A stretch of 38,988 bases of DNA from a virus (IMGVR_UViG_3300025896_000067:1-38988); one strand, 5' to 3'; positions 1-9,263 are shown, counted from the stretch's first letter. Translations and numbers: made by a program. Notes: a model not told the origin generated them from the sequence alone.

Positions 1-40
1 CTCGCCATCGACCGATGATGCTGCGCCGATCACATCACCA
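1..40. repeat. 40-bp near-identical direct repeat shared with the window end (38945..38984), inside tail-fibre repeat units
   Basis: ctcgccatcgaccgatgatgctgcgccga[t/c]cacatcacca, one mismatch; the flanks diverge (gcgc vs tagt). Encodes GDVIGAASSVDGE vs GDVVGAASSVDGE. Confidence 0.95.
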
Positions 41-600
41 GCGCCCGCCGAGCTCCATGACGGGTTGGCGCCCGCGCCGCCGCTGGTCAGCACCTGTCCG
101 GCCGTTCCTGGGGCCAAGCGGACGTTGTTCGTGCCGTTGTGGTACAGCACGTCGCCCTGCGTCGTGAGGGGCGACAACGCGTTGAAGGCTGCCGTGGCCG
201 TGCTCGCGCCCGTGCCGCCGTCGGTGATCGGCACGTCCGTTCCGCCCGCGCGATAGATCGCGTTCCCTTCAACCGCGATGTCGCCGGCTCCGGTGCGCGA
301 CAGCGTCGTGTCCGCGTTGCCGATGTTGACCGTGGTGGCGGTCAGCGCAGCAACGCCGGTCACGTTGTTGCTGTCGTCAACCGTGATGCCGGTACCCTGA
401 ACCTTTTTGGTGTCGGTGCCGTCGGTGCGAACGAGCTGATTGTCGGTCGATCCCAGCCCGCCCGTATAGACGCTTTCCGTAAGTGCGGCCTCGAGATCGT
501 CAAGCGTCGTGTTCCAATCGCCCTCGTCGATCTCCGTACCTTCGACGGCGGGGTTGAAGGAATTTGACGGCGCCGTGTAGGTGCCAGTGCTGCGCGGCAT
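1..600 (-). CDS. Tail fibre protein, N-terminal part (runs off the window edge; continues at 38018..38986)
   Basis: Manual translation from ATG at 600 gives 200 open codons: MPRSTGTYTAPSNSFNPAVEGTEIDEGDWNTTLDDLEAALTES...GGTGASTATAAFNAL...GTAGQVLTSGGAGANPSW...GDVIGAASSVDGE. The N-terminus resembles that of 612..1559 (MPRNGSGT), and it has G/T/S-rich fibre repeats. Absent from the ORF track because no stop lies in the window. Confidence 0.85.
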   Translation of the reverse strand, partial: MPRSTGTYTAPSNSFNPAVEGTEIDEGDWNTTLDDLEAALTESVYTGGLGSTDNQLVRTDGTDTKKVQGTGITVDDSNNVTGVAALTATTVNIGNADTTLSRTGAGDIAVEGNAIYRAGGTDVPITDGGTGASTATAAFNALSPLTTQGDVLYHNGTNNVRLAPGTAGQVLTSGGAGANPSWSSAGAGDVIGAASSVDGE

Positions 601-611
601 GTGTCAGAGCC

Positions 612-1559
612 TCAGAGCTTGATGATCCAGGTGCCAAGGAAGGCGGGCGGCATGTTGGAGTGGGCGGCGCCCGATCCGGTCGACGCGGTGGCGCCGCCGA
701 ACGCGACGGTGTGCTGGTGGTTGCCGGCGCCCGTCGTCGAGGCGGTGACGGTTCCCGAGTTGACGGCGACGGCCGACCCGCCGGCGACGGCGACGTTCTG
801 CGAGTTCGACGCGGTGTAGAGATGGCTGTGGTCTGTCACCGAGCTCGTGATGCCGGACAGCGTGCCGGGAGCGTGCGTGTGGCTCGGCATCTGGCTTTCG
901 GTCAGCGTGACCGTCTCGGTACCGCCCGATGCGCCGTTGGTGGTGTCGCTGGTGATGATCGTGCCGAGGCGGCCCGCATCACTGTTCCCCATGTCGTCGA
1001 GGCCGAAGAAGCTGCGGCCCCTGAGGTCGGGAAGCGCAATCGTCTTGCCGGCGTTGAAGTCGGCCGACGCGCTCGAGCCGCGGCCGGTGGACACGGCACA
1101 GACCGAATCCCCGTAGTTGTTCCACAGGAACGTATAGAGGTCTTCCGTGTCCGCGTTGGCGCGCTCATTGGCGCTGGAGCCGGACGAGCCAATCGTACGC
1201 CCGTTGGCCCGTACCCACCCCGTTGGGGACGTGGTGGCGCCATAGGGCAGGATAACGCCCGTGGGGATGGGCGAGACGTAGCCGATGCCAACACCGTCCG
1301 ACGCCACGCCGATCTTGCCGCTGGCCGACCGATAAAATCCCGTGTCGGGGTCGGACCCGAACGAGATGCCGGGCGCGGCAGCGGTTCCCGCCGTGGCTTT
1401 GAGCTGGCCGGTCATCGAGGCCTGGCCGTCGCGCGGCAGGCTGTTGGTGATCTCAGCCGCGATGTCGGAATTGTTGGCGTTTGTCGCCGAGCTGCTTATG
1501 GTCGTGCCCGACGAAAAGCTCGTCGGAATCGACATTGTGCCGGAGCCGTTGCGGGGCAT
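612..1559 (-). CDS. Tail fibre / tail-collar domain protein
   Basis: Collar motifs IPTGVILPYGATTSPTGWVRANG, LPDLRGRSFFGLDDMG, GTETVTLTESQMPSHTH and AHSNMPP; follows the ejection genes. Confidence 0.88.
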   Translation of the reverse strand: MPRNGSGTMSIPTSFSSGTTISSSATNANNSDIAAEITNSLPRDGQASMTGQLKATAGTAAAPGISFGSDPDTGFYRSASGKIGVASDGVGIGYVSPIPTGVILPYGATTSPTGWVRANGRTIGSSGSSANERANADTEDLYTFLWNNYGDSVCAVSTGRGSSASADFNAGKTIALPDLRGRSFFGLDDMGNSDAGRLGTIITSDTTNGASGGTETVTLTESQMPSHTHAPGTLSGITSSVTDHSHLYTASNSQNVAVAGGSAVAVNSGTVTASTTGAGNHQHTVAFGGATASTGSGAAHSNMPPAFLGTWIIKL

Positions 1560-1571
1560 CCAAACCTCAGA

Positions 1572-1691
1572 ATGATGGGCTGGTGGGAACGCTTGACCGA
1601 CGTGCTTCTGGCGGTCGCGATCTTCGCGGCCGTGAAGCTGCTCAAGGTGGGACTGGCTTACGCGGTGGCCGCCCTAGTCCTCAGAACGTGA
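1572..1691 (+). CDS. Small antisense-oriented membrane peptide (39 aa), possible superinfection-exclusion/moron
   Basis: MMGWWERLTDVLLAVAIFAAVKLLKVGLAYAVAALVLRT fills the gap between two minus-strand virion genes; hydrophobic. Confidence 0.45.
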   Translation: MMGWWERLTDVLLAVAIFAAVKLLKVGLAYAVAALVLRT

Positions 1692-4379
1692 GGCGCCGGC
1701 AGCGGCGTAGGGGGCAAGCAGAGGCGGGCGGGCGGCGAGGCCGCCTTGGGCGGTTGCCTTGGCGGCTTGGGCCTGGCCGTAGCCGCTGTAGATGGGAGCT
1801 CCGACCGTGCGGGCGGCCGTCTGAGCTAGCGGCGTATTCCAGCCGATGGCCTTGAGAATGGCGTCGAACCCTTCTTTCATGAACCCGGTCACCGACGGCG
1901 CCGTCCACGAGCGGTTGAGGTTCTTCATGTCGACGCCCTCCATCGCCTTGGCGAGGCGGACCATGGCAGCCTGCTCTTCCCGCGAATAAAGCAGGTTGAA
2001 CACGGTGCCCTGCGTCGAGCGGGCGGTGCCGAGGTTGGTCTGGAATTGTTTAGCGCCGACGGCTTCGCCATTCTTGCCCTGCGAGAGCCGCAGCCAATAG
2101 GCCAAACGAACGTCGTTCCAGGCCCTTTGCGCGGCGTCGGGCGGCAAATAGCGGTCATAGCCCGCCTTGAGCGCCTGAAGCGCCTCGGCGCTGCCCTGCT
2201 TGATCTGCGCCGTCGGGCCGGTGAAGAGCGCGTTCACGACGTTCTCGGCGCTGTCGGCCTTTTCGAGCACCTGGGCGATGATCTTCTCGCCCGGCGTGCG
2301 CGCGTTGGTGGCGAACGCGTCCTTGACCTCGCGGCTGATCCCGCGGGCGGTGACGAGGTTCGCGGCCCCTTGCGGGTTCGACTGAACCATCTTGTCTGCG
2401 GTGGCTTCAATCCAGTCGTTGAACGAGCGATAGATGGCGCCCGCCGCCTTCTTGTCCGGTCCCGGCGGCATGTCGGCCATGGCATTGCCGAGCATCCGGC
2501 GCATCTGGTCGACATCGCGCGTCGGGTTGGCCGAAAGGAAGCTCGCCACCTTCTCCGGTGACTTGCCGGCGATGAACTGCTCGAGGTCGCGCGCCATCTC
2601 GGCGGCTACGGGTGTGGTGCGGTCGTTGAGCTTGAACCCGCTCAAGCCGCGGTTGATCGCAGTTGGCAGCTCCGCCAGCGCTTCGTCGGTCGCCGTGATG
2701 GTGCCGACCTTGTCCCACGCCTCGCCTTCCACGGCCTTGGCCGCGTCGCGCGCCGACACCGCGGACTCGCGGATGTTGGTCCCCACCTGACCCTTGTTGA
2801 AGTCAGCCGCCGTGCGCTCCGGCGCCAGCCGCTTGGCGATGGTCTGCCCGGCCGCGTTGGTCGGCGCGGTGTCCCCCACGAGGTTGGCTGCGATGGCGTC
2901 GGTCTGATCCGTGTCGAAGGTCTGCATCCGGCGGGACGGCGCCTCGCCGTAGGCGCCGCCGCGGATGCGCTGCTCTTTGAGCAACTGGCCCTGGTTCTTT
3001 GTCGTCTCGCCGAGCGTCTTCGGGATGCCGAACTCGCGCGACAGTGCCCCCCGCGCTGCGGCCTCGGCGTTGCCGGTGCGGCCCATCTCGTCAGCGAACA
3101 TGCGGGCAAACTGCGAATCGATGTCGGCGGGGTCGAGCCCGGCCGACTGCGCCGCCTGCATACCCTTCGGGGTCAGCTTTCCGGTTGTCTGGTCGATGAG
3201 GCCGGGGGTCGTGACGAAGCGGCGCCACAGAGCCCCGATCGCCGGAGCGGCAAGCGTAGCAGCACCGCCGGCCGCAGCAGTAATGCCCGCCTTGGTGATG
3301 TCGACGCCTTGGCGGCTTCCCATTTCGCCAGCCGCCACGTCACCACCGATGCTGGTTGCGCCAGCTCCAATAGCCTGACCCGCGGCTTGGGCCAGCAAGG
3401 GAGCGCCGCGCGCCACGGCGCCGACACCGCCGCCCACCGCCATGAACGGCACCATGCCGAGCGCCGTGCGCGACACGTCTTGAAGGTCGAGGCCGGGCCT
3501 GTTCACATAGGCCTGCTTCGTGCTTCCGTCGTCGTCGCGGTAGGTCACGATCTCGTAACCGTTGGCGTCCTTCTCCCGCTTGATGAGCCGGCCGCCGAGG
3601 TTCTTTGCGATGATGTCGCCGCGGGCCGCATCGTCGGCGTTGGCCAGCTGGCTGCCGAGGTACGCGTCGTCTTCCTGCGTGTAGGGCTTGGGCTGGTAGG
3701 CGGGCAAATCCTTGAACCGCGGGTCCTGCCGACCGCGGATATCTTGCATCCGGCGGCCGATCCACGTCGGGGCGTCTGGCTCGGCGTTAGGGTCCACCGG
3801 CTTGGGGGCGGCGACTTGTGGAGCCGACGGCGCCGGCTGCCCTGATCCTAGAAGCTCGTCCGCATAGGAGCGGCGGGCTGGCGCCTGGGGCTGCGCTTGC
3901 GGGGCCGCTTGTTCCGGCGCAGGCGCTTGGAGCTCCGCCGGGTTGATGTCGGGCTGCCCGATTGCGCGGCGGTAGGAGTTGACCGCGTCGATGGCCTCTT
4001 GCGGCGGCTTGGGTCCGTAGCGGCGCAGCGCGCGCTCGGCTTGGGACTGAGCCTCCGGCAGCGCGTCGACCTCTGACACGTTGCGCCCGTCGGGATCGAC
4101 GATGACCGGAATGTCGCCGCGCTCGCCCATGTTGCGAACGGAGTAGCCGGGCGCAAGTTTGAGGCCGCCTGGCATCTGCGGTGCCGGCTGCGGAGCGGCC
4201 TGTTGGGGCTGCGGCTGCGGTTGAGCGCGAACGGGAACAGGCTGCGCCGCACGCTGCGGCATCTCCTCGCCGGGCCGCACTGTCGGACCCGGCCGCATCT
4301 GCGCGCCCGGCTGGCGGTCCTGCGCTTCGATCAGATCGGCGTTGGCGCCGGGGCCGAGCAGGAGGTCAGACCATCCCAT
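1674..4379 (-). CDS. Large internal virion / DNA ejection protein (901 aa)
   Basis: Largest of three consecutive genes after the nozzle and GNAT. P/Q-rich N-terminus, Gly/Ala-rich hydrophobic segment (GMVPFMAVGGGVGAVARGAPLLAQAAGQAIGAG), helical remainder. Assigned by synteny with P22 gp7/gp20/gp16. Confidence 0.75.
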   Translation of the reverse strand: MGWSDLLLGPGANADLIEAQDRQPGAQMRPGPTVRPGEEMPQRAAQPVPVRAQPQPQPQQAAPQPAPQMPGGLKLAPGYSVRNMGERGDIPVIVDPDGRNVSEVDALPEAQSQAERALRRYGPKPPQEAIDAVNSYRRAIGQPDINPAELQAPAPEQAAPQAQPQAPARRSYADELLGSGQPAPSAPQVAAPKPVDPNAEPDAPTWIGRRMQDIRGRQDPRFKDLPAYQPKPYTQEDDAYLGSQLANADDAARGDIIAKNLGGRLIKREKDANGYEIVTYRDDDGSTKQAYVNRPGLDLQDVSRTALGMVPFMAVGGGVGAVARGAPLLAQAAGQAIGAGATSIGGDVAAGEMGSRQGVDITKAGITAAAGGAATLAAPAIGALWRRFVTTPGLIDQTTGKLTPKGMQAAQSAGLDPADIDSQFARMFADEMGRTGNAEAAARGALSREFGIPKTLGETTKNQGQLLKEQRIRGGAYGEAPSRRMQTFDTDQTDAIAANLVGDTAPTNAAGQTIAKRLAPERTAADFNKGQVGTNIRESAVSARDAAKAVEGEAWDKVGTITATDEALAELPTAINRGLSGFKLNDRTTPVAAEMARDLEQFIAGKSPEKVASFLSANPTRDVDQMRRMLGNAMADMPPGPDKKAAGAIYRSFNDWIEATADKMVQSNPQGAANLVTARGISREVKDAFATNARTPGEKIIAQVLEKADSAENVVNALFTGPTAQIKQGSAEALQALKAGYDRYLPPDAAQRAWNDVRLAYWLRLSQGKNGEAVGAKQFQTNLGTARSTQGTVFNLLYSREEQAAMVRLAKAMEGVDMKNLNRSWTAPSVTGFMKEGFDAILKAIGWNTPLAQTAARTVGAPIYSGYGQAQAAKATAQGGLAARPPLLAPYAAAGASRSED

Positions 4380-5722
4380 CAGATGCCGAACTCCTGTTTG
4401 AGGCGGTCACGGACGGCGCGCTGGATTTGCTGCGGATCGGCGTTCGGGTTCTGCTGACGTAGGCTCTGCTCGATGATCTGGCCGCGCTGGTCGATCAGCG
4501 CTGGCATGTCGTCGAGCCCGACGCCGGCCTCCCAAGGCTTACCCTTGAATCCTTGCGTTCTGAGGTAATTCGAACGCGCGATAGCGGCCTTGCTGTCCTT
4601 GGCGGCCTGCTGGAGCTTGGCCGCGAACTCCGGTGCGCTGTCTCCGTCGAACATGCCCGTTCCGGAATTCGGCAGCGTCTGCATGATGCGCGCGAACTCG
4701 GCTTCCGACACAGCGACGCCGGAAAGGTACTTGACGTACAAAGCAGCGTTCTTGACGCTCTGCTGTTTGAACTGCGCGAACTTCATCAGCTCTTGCTGCT
4801 GCTCCGGCGTCGGCTTGCCGAGCCAGCCGCCCGCCTTGTTCTGCATCGAGCGGAACGTTTGCTCGATGCGGCTCGGGATTTCGAGGTGCTTGGGGTCGAA
4901 GCTCTTTGCGATGCCGTCCAGGCGCGCGACCGACTCAATGGCCGCCATCTGATCCTTGTCGTTCTGGTTACTCGCCTCTTTCCCGAGCCCGCCGCGCTGC
5001 GCCTGCTCCATCAGCATCTTGCCGGCGTCGCCCTTGCCGGCGAGCCCCAACGCAAAGGCCCGGCGCTGCGCGTCCTGCTGCGACATCGGCCCCATGGGGG
5101 TGTCGACCATGTCGGGCTGCTGCTGTTGAGGCGCCGGACCTCCGACCTGAGTGCGGATCAGGTTCGGGTCCGGCGCGGCCCCTTCCATCGACTGCGGGCG
5201 GATGGGGCTCTGAGGCTGCGGCGCTTGCTGCGGCTGCGTCTGGCGGATCATGTCGGCGATGGCTTCGTTCAGAACGTCCTTGTTCCCCGCCGCCTTGATC
5301 TGCGCTTCCAGCATCTGCCGCTTGAGCGGCGCCATCTCGCGGTTGTTCTGAAGCTCAAACTGCGCGGCCTCGAGCTGCGCCCGCTTGGCCTGAAGTGCAG
5401 CCTGCGCCGACGGGCTGCTGTCCTGCATCCGCTGGCCGATCTGCTGGACCGCCAGCTTCCGCCCCGTGTCCGATGACCACGGGTTCGACATCATCTTCGT
5501 GATGTCGCCCTTACCGTTGAGCGCATCGACAATGGCCTTGTCGCCGGAGGCGCGGCCTTCACGCTCAGCCGTGTCAGCCCAATCGTTTTGGAAGGCACCC
5601 ACCACACCTTGCGCACCGCGCGCGAGTGCCTGTGTCCAGTGTCCGACCGGGCTCGAGTCCATGCCGCGCTGCATGAGCGCCTGAGCAATGCGGCGCTGGC
5701 TTGCGACTTCTTCAGGCGTCAT
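4379..5722 (-). CDS. Internal virion / DNA ejection protein (447 aa)
   Basis: Q/A-rich helical protein starting RRIAQALMQRGMDSSPVGHWTQALAR; middle gene of the ejection triad. Confidence 0.75.
   Translation of the reverse strand: MTPEEVASQRRIAQALMQRGMDSSPVGHWTQALARGAQGVVGAFQNDWADTAEREGRASGDKAIVDALNGKGDITKMMSNPWSSDTGRKLAVQQIGQRMQDSSPSAQAALQAKRAQLEAAQFELQNNREMAPLKRQMLEAQIKAAGNKDVLNEAIADMIRQTQPQQAPQPQSPIRPQSMEGAAPDPNLIRTQVGGPAPQQQQPDMVDTPMGPMSQQDAQRRAFALGLAGKGDAGKMLMEQAQRGGLGKEASNQNDKDQMAAIESVARLDGIAKSFDPKHLEIPSRIEQTFRSMQNKAGGWLGKPTPEQQQELMKFAQFKQQSVKNAALYVKYLSGVAVSEAEFARIMQTLPNSGTGMFDGDSAPEFAAKLQQAAKDSKAAIARSNYLRTQGFKGKPWEAGVGLDDMPALIDQRGQIIEQSLRQQNPNADPQQIQRAVRDRLKQEFGI
4684..4766. repeat. 83-bp exact duplication, copy 1 (source, inside the ejection gene); copy 2 at 33725..33807
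   Basis: tgatgcgcgcgaactcggcttccgacacagcgacgccggaaaggtacttgacgtacaaagcagcgttcttgacgctctgctgt is identical at both loci, offset 29041. Confidence 0.97.
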
Positions 5723-5724
5723 CG

Positions 5725-6516
5725 TCAGTAGCTCCCGCCGCTAGCGCTTGACCCCGTGCTCTTGCTCTTCAAGTACGCTTGCGTAGCCGTGCCGGCGAGC
5801 GACGCCAGACCGCCGAGCGCGGCGTTCTTCTCCTTCTGCTTCTCCTGATAGTTCTTGTAGTCGGCGTCGTACTGCTTGTCGTAGCTGTTGTCGCCGCTCT
5901 TGCCGGATGTCTTGTAGTAGTCTGCGTAGTCGCCGCCGGTCGCGCTCTGGCCGTAGTCGAGGCCGGCGCTGTAGTCGGACATCTTCTGCTGGTACGTCGA
6001 CAACTCCTGATTATAGAGCTGGTTCACGTAGTCGCGGACGAAGCTCGAGTAAGCGTCGTTCTGCGCCTTGTACTGGTCGCCCATCTCGGAGTTGTAGCCC
6101 TCCGAGTTGATGTCGAAGCCCTGGTTGACGAGGCGGTTGTCGGTCGCCTTGTTGTCGCGGGTGAACCGCTCGCCATAGGCGCTGTAACCCTGCTTGCCGG
6201 CTTCTTCCATCGCCGTCTGATAGTCGAAGTCGAACGAGCCCGCCGTCTCGCCGTACTTCTTCGAGAGGTCGCGATAGAGCGTGTCGTACTCCTTCGCGGT
6301 GTCGCCCATCGTCGAGGTCTGCTCATACGTGGGGTTGCCCGACGAGTCGTAGCCCGTTTGCGTATAGGTGATCTTGTTGCCGTACTGGTCGGTCTGGTTG
6401 ACGCGGTTGTAGCTCGCGTCTTGGTTCCGATAGTCGCGCTGTTCGGTCTGCTCCTGGCTGTACGACTTCGACGAGTCGTAGCTAGGCGCGCTGTTTTTCT
6501 TGAAGGCGCTCGACAT
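5725..6516 (-). CDS. Small DNA ejection / pilot protein, tyrosine-rich (263 aa)
   Basis: Follows the GNAT gene. NRVNQTDQYGNKITYTQTG..GNPTY resembles first-ejection proteins of this phage type; C-terminal ALGGLASLAGTA hydrophobic patch; 31 Tyr by manual count. Confidence 0.7.
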   Translation of the reverse strand: MSSAFKKNSAPSYDSSKSYSQEQTEQRDYRNQDASYNRVNQTDQYGNKITYTQTGYDSSGNPTYEQTSTMGDTAKEYDTLYRDLSKKYGETAGSFDFDYQTAMEEAGKQGYSAYGERFTRDNKATDNRLVNQGFDINSEGYNSEMGDQYKAQNDAYSSFVRDYVNQLYNQELSTYQQKMSDYSAGLDYGQSATGGDYADYYKTSGKSGDNSYDKQYDADYKNYQEKQKEKNAALGGLASLAGTATQAYLKSKSTGSSASGGSY

Positions 6517-6922
6517 CTTTGATCCATCGGCAAAGAGGAGGGGTCATGTACCAGACGAGCGCATCGGAACCGGGACCGTACCAATCCCGCGCCGCGCCCT
6601 CGAACCGGAACCCCAGCTTGGGCGCGGCCTTCTTGATGGCCCGGTTCCGCTTGGAGGTTCTGATCTGCAAACGCCACACGCCGCACTCGTCGAACGCCCA
6701 CGTAAAGAAGGATTTGGCGATCCCGTGCGTCACCACATCGCCCGTCGTCGCCATCGACATCTCGGCGGTCTGGTTGTGATGCCAGACCAGCACGAAGCCG
6801 CCGCACAGAACGCCCTTGGCGTCGATGATGCCGGCGGCCCGATACGGCGGCGGAAAGTATCCGTCGAGCCGATTGCCCACCCACTGCGCTACAGTGTCGT
6901 CGTGCCCGTGAAGCAGCTTCAC
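6482..6922 (-). CDS. GNAT-fold acetyltransferase-like virion assembly protein (P22 gp14-like)
   Basis: FTWAFDECGVWRLQIRTSKRNRAIKKAAPKLGFRFEGAARDWYGPGSDA is a RimJ/GNAT motif; conserved position between nozzle and ejection genes. Confidence 0.85.
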   Translation of the reverse strand: MKLLHGHDDTVAQWVGNRLDGYFPPPYRAAGIIDAKGVLCGGFVLVWHHNQTAEMSMATTGDVVTHGIAKSFFTWAFDECGVWRLQIRTSKRNRAIKKAAPKLGFRFEGAARDWYGPGSDALVWYMTPPLCRWIKDVERLQEKQRA

Positions 6923-8553
6923 AGGTAGCCCCCGGCCTCGGTGAGAGCGACGAACCCGTTGATCCGCATCGCTTCATCGGTCGAGCCCGTGCCGCCCCAC
7001 AGCGATCTGCCCCACAAGCTCACGCCCCACAACGATCGGCCGACATCTTGTCCAGTGATCGCTTGGAACTTCACAGAGCCAAACGTGCCGATGCCGACCA
7101 CGTTGGTCCAGTCCGCGACCGTCACGCTCTCATCCGACCACGTGGCCACGTCCCACTTCGCCACGTCCCACAGCGCGCCTGATGCTGCCTGTGCAGCGGT
7201 GAGCGTCGACATGGAGCTCGTCTCGACGAAATCAACGCTCATGCCGAGCGACGGGCGATTGGTGCCCGTGGTGTTGACCAGAGGGCGCAGCATCGAGAAC
7301 CGCTTGACGTTGGCCCCGCCGAACGCCTGATACGCGGTCTGCCCGACGGCAACGATCGGCTGATCCCCATCTGACCGGCCGGTGTCGGCCCGGTACACAG
7401 CGCCGTTCTGCCCCCCGAAATAGATCTCGTCGCCCATCACCGCCCAGCAGTTGGCGTTGTGCGCGTCGTACTCGCACCACGCGCCCGTGATCGTGTTCAT
7501 GACGTACTGCTTTGAGCTTTCGAGCTCGTCGGTCGGGATGTTGACGATCAGCCGTGTGCCGGCGGAATAAACCGCCATCTCCCAGCCGAACAGCGAACCA
7601 TAGGACAGCGCTGCCGCGTTGAACGCCGCGTCGATCTTCTCGGTGATGGCAACGCGGGAGGCCTTCGACTGATCGACGGGCAGCAGCTGCGAGAGCGGGA
7701 ACACGCCCTCGAGCGTCATCAGCAGCACGTCGCCGCCAAGGCGGGCAAAGCAGCGCCGGCCGATGGGCTTCGGAACGTTGAACACACCGACGATCGACCA
7801 CGTGTCAGCGCTGGCAGGGTCGGTGCCGGCGTAAACCGCAACTTGCCCCTCGCTCGAGATGAACACCTGATAGTCGTCAGGGCCGGAGCCACCGTCACGG
7901 GTCCACGTGGTGCCTGCCATCAGATAGCCGCCGCGCGTGAACAGGCGGCCGAGCCGAAACTTGGTCGCGGTGCCGCTGATTGCGTCCGTCTCGAGGTACG
8001 CCGCGTCTTGGCTGCTGTTGATCACGCACCAGATGCGGGCCTTGTGCGCCCAACACTGAATGAAATCTGTCGACGTGATGCCGGTCCCGGTGATGCTGGT
8101 GTTGGTCCAGCTCGAGCCGTTGTAATAGCGCGGCGTATCGGCCCCGTTGCACATCCACAAGAACGTGCCGGCGGAGTTGCCGAACATCGTGTGTTGCCAA
8201 CGATCCTCGCTCAGCCCGGTGATGCTGGATGTGGCCGCGGCATTGGCGGTCGCGTCGTAGACCTTGCCGCCGCCGGCCGCAAACATCTTGGCGCTGGTCG
8301 GCCCCTGATAGACCATCAGGCTTTCAATCGGCGTCGTGTCCGACGTGATGTCCCACGAGTGGAACTTGAACCCTTTGCGGACCTCGATCCATCCTGGCTG
8401 CGGGAACCAGTTTTTCAGCTGGACGGCGCGATCGGCCGGCATGTTGGCGAGCGCCGACGCCGCATCCCACCCGCCGACCGGCGCCTGAACGGGGGTCGCC
8501 TTGACGACAGCTTTGCGAACCCTCGGATTGGCGGGAGCGCGCGCGAGCAGCAT
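6919..8553 (-). CDS. Tail nozzle / packaged-DNA stabilisation protein (P22 gp10 / tail tubular B-like)
   Basis: 544 aa beta-rich protein starting APVGGWDA...AVQLKNWFP, with Trp repeats ALWDVAKWDVATW near the C-terminus; follows the adaptor. Confidence 0.85.
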   Translation of the reverse strand: MLLARAPANPRVRKAVVKATPVQAPVGGWDAASALANMPADRAVQLKNWFPQPGWIEVRKGFKFHSWDITSDTTPIESLMVYQGPTSAKMFAAGGGKVYDATANAAATSSITGLSEDRWQHTMFGNSAGTFLWMCNGADTPRYYNGSSWTNTSITGTGITSTDFIQCWAHKARIWCVINSSQDAAYLETDAISGTATKFRLGRLFTRGGYLMAGTTWTRDGGSGPDDYQVFISSEGQVAVYAGTDPASADTWSIVGVFNVPKPIGRRCFARLGGDVLLMTLEGVFPLSQLLPVDQSKASRVAITEKIDAAFNAAALSYGSLFGWEMAVYSAGTRLIVNIPTDELESSKQYVMNTITGAWCEYDAHNANCWAVMGDEIYFGGQNGAVYRADTGRSDGDQPIVAVGQTAYQAFGGANVKRFSMLRPLVNTTGTNRPSLGMSVDFVETSSMSTLTAAQAASGALWDVAKWDVATWSDESVTVADWTNVVGIGTFGSVKFQAITGQDVGRSLWGVSLWGRSLWGGTGSTDEAMRINGFVALTEAGGYL

Positions 8554-9263
8554 CAGGTGATATTCCAGTTCCCATCGGGCGGCAGCGGCGAGCGCGGCGC
8601 CCGTGGGTCAGACGTTGAACCCATGTTGAGGATGCGCCGGCCGCCGTCGCGCCCGGTCAGCGTCTTGAACATCGCCTCGTAGCTGTTGAAGTCCTCGGCG
8701 TAGTCGAGCCCGCGCGAACGCTTGTACCGCCACGTAAGGCCGAGGATATGGAGCTCGTCGGGAAACAGGCTGCCGTCCGTGTCGACATTGAACGCCGTCT
8801 TGCTGCCGGCCGTCGCGCCCGTCGCCGTGACCCAATACGTCGAGATGTACTCAAACGCCCACGTCTCGCCCGCGCTTGGCGTCGGCAGAACGAGGAAGTC
8901 GTTGCCGCGCACGCGAAACGCGTCATAGACCAGCGACGCGAGGCGCGACTTGTAATCCTGATACTGGAGCGGTGTCAGCGGACCCTGTGCCATGCGGGTC
9001 CGGCTGCGATTGTAGACCGTGCCATCAATGAAGCGGTCGAAGTCGGAAGGAATGACGCCGGTCTGTGTCTCTTGCGGGATCGTCGCAAACGTCTTCTCCT
9101 TCTGGAGCTGCTGCCAGGGATGGCGGCGGGCAAGCTCGCGGCCATCCTGATTGAGCAGCGCCAGAAGCTGCCGAACCTGCATGTCGTTCGATCCCACCAC
9201 CTGCGTTGTGCGCGGCAGGCCGACCCGGTCGGATGCGTCTTGGACGATCGAGAGCAGCGTCAC
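8553..9263 (-). CDS. Head-tail adaptor (P22 gp4 / tail tubular A-like)
   Basis: MTLLSIVQDASDRVGLP...LARRHPWQQLQKE...PSDFDRFID...LGLTWRYKRSRGLDYAEDF; size and synteny fit. Confidence 0.85.
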   Translation of the reverse strand: MTLLSIVQDASDRVGLPRTTQVVGSNDMQVRQLLALLNQDGRELARRHPWQQLQKEKTFATIPQETQTGVIPSDFDRFIDGTVYNRSRTRMAQGPLTPLQYQDYKSRLASLVYDAFRVRGNDFLVLPTPSAGETWAFEYISTYWVTATGATAGSKTAFNVDTDGSLFPDELHILGLTWRYKRSRGLDYAEDFNSYEAMFKTLTGRDGGRRILNMGSTSDPRAPRSPLPPDGNWNIT

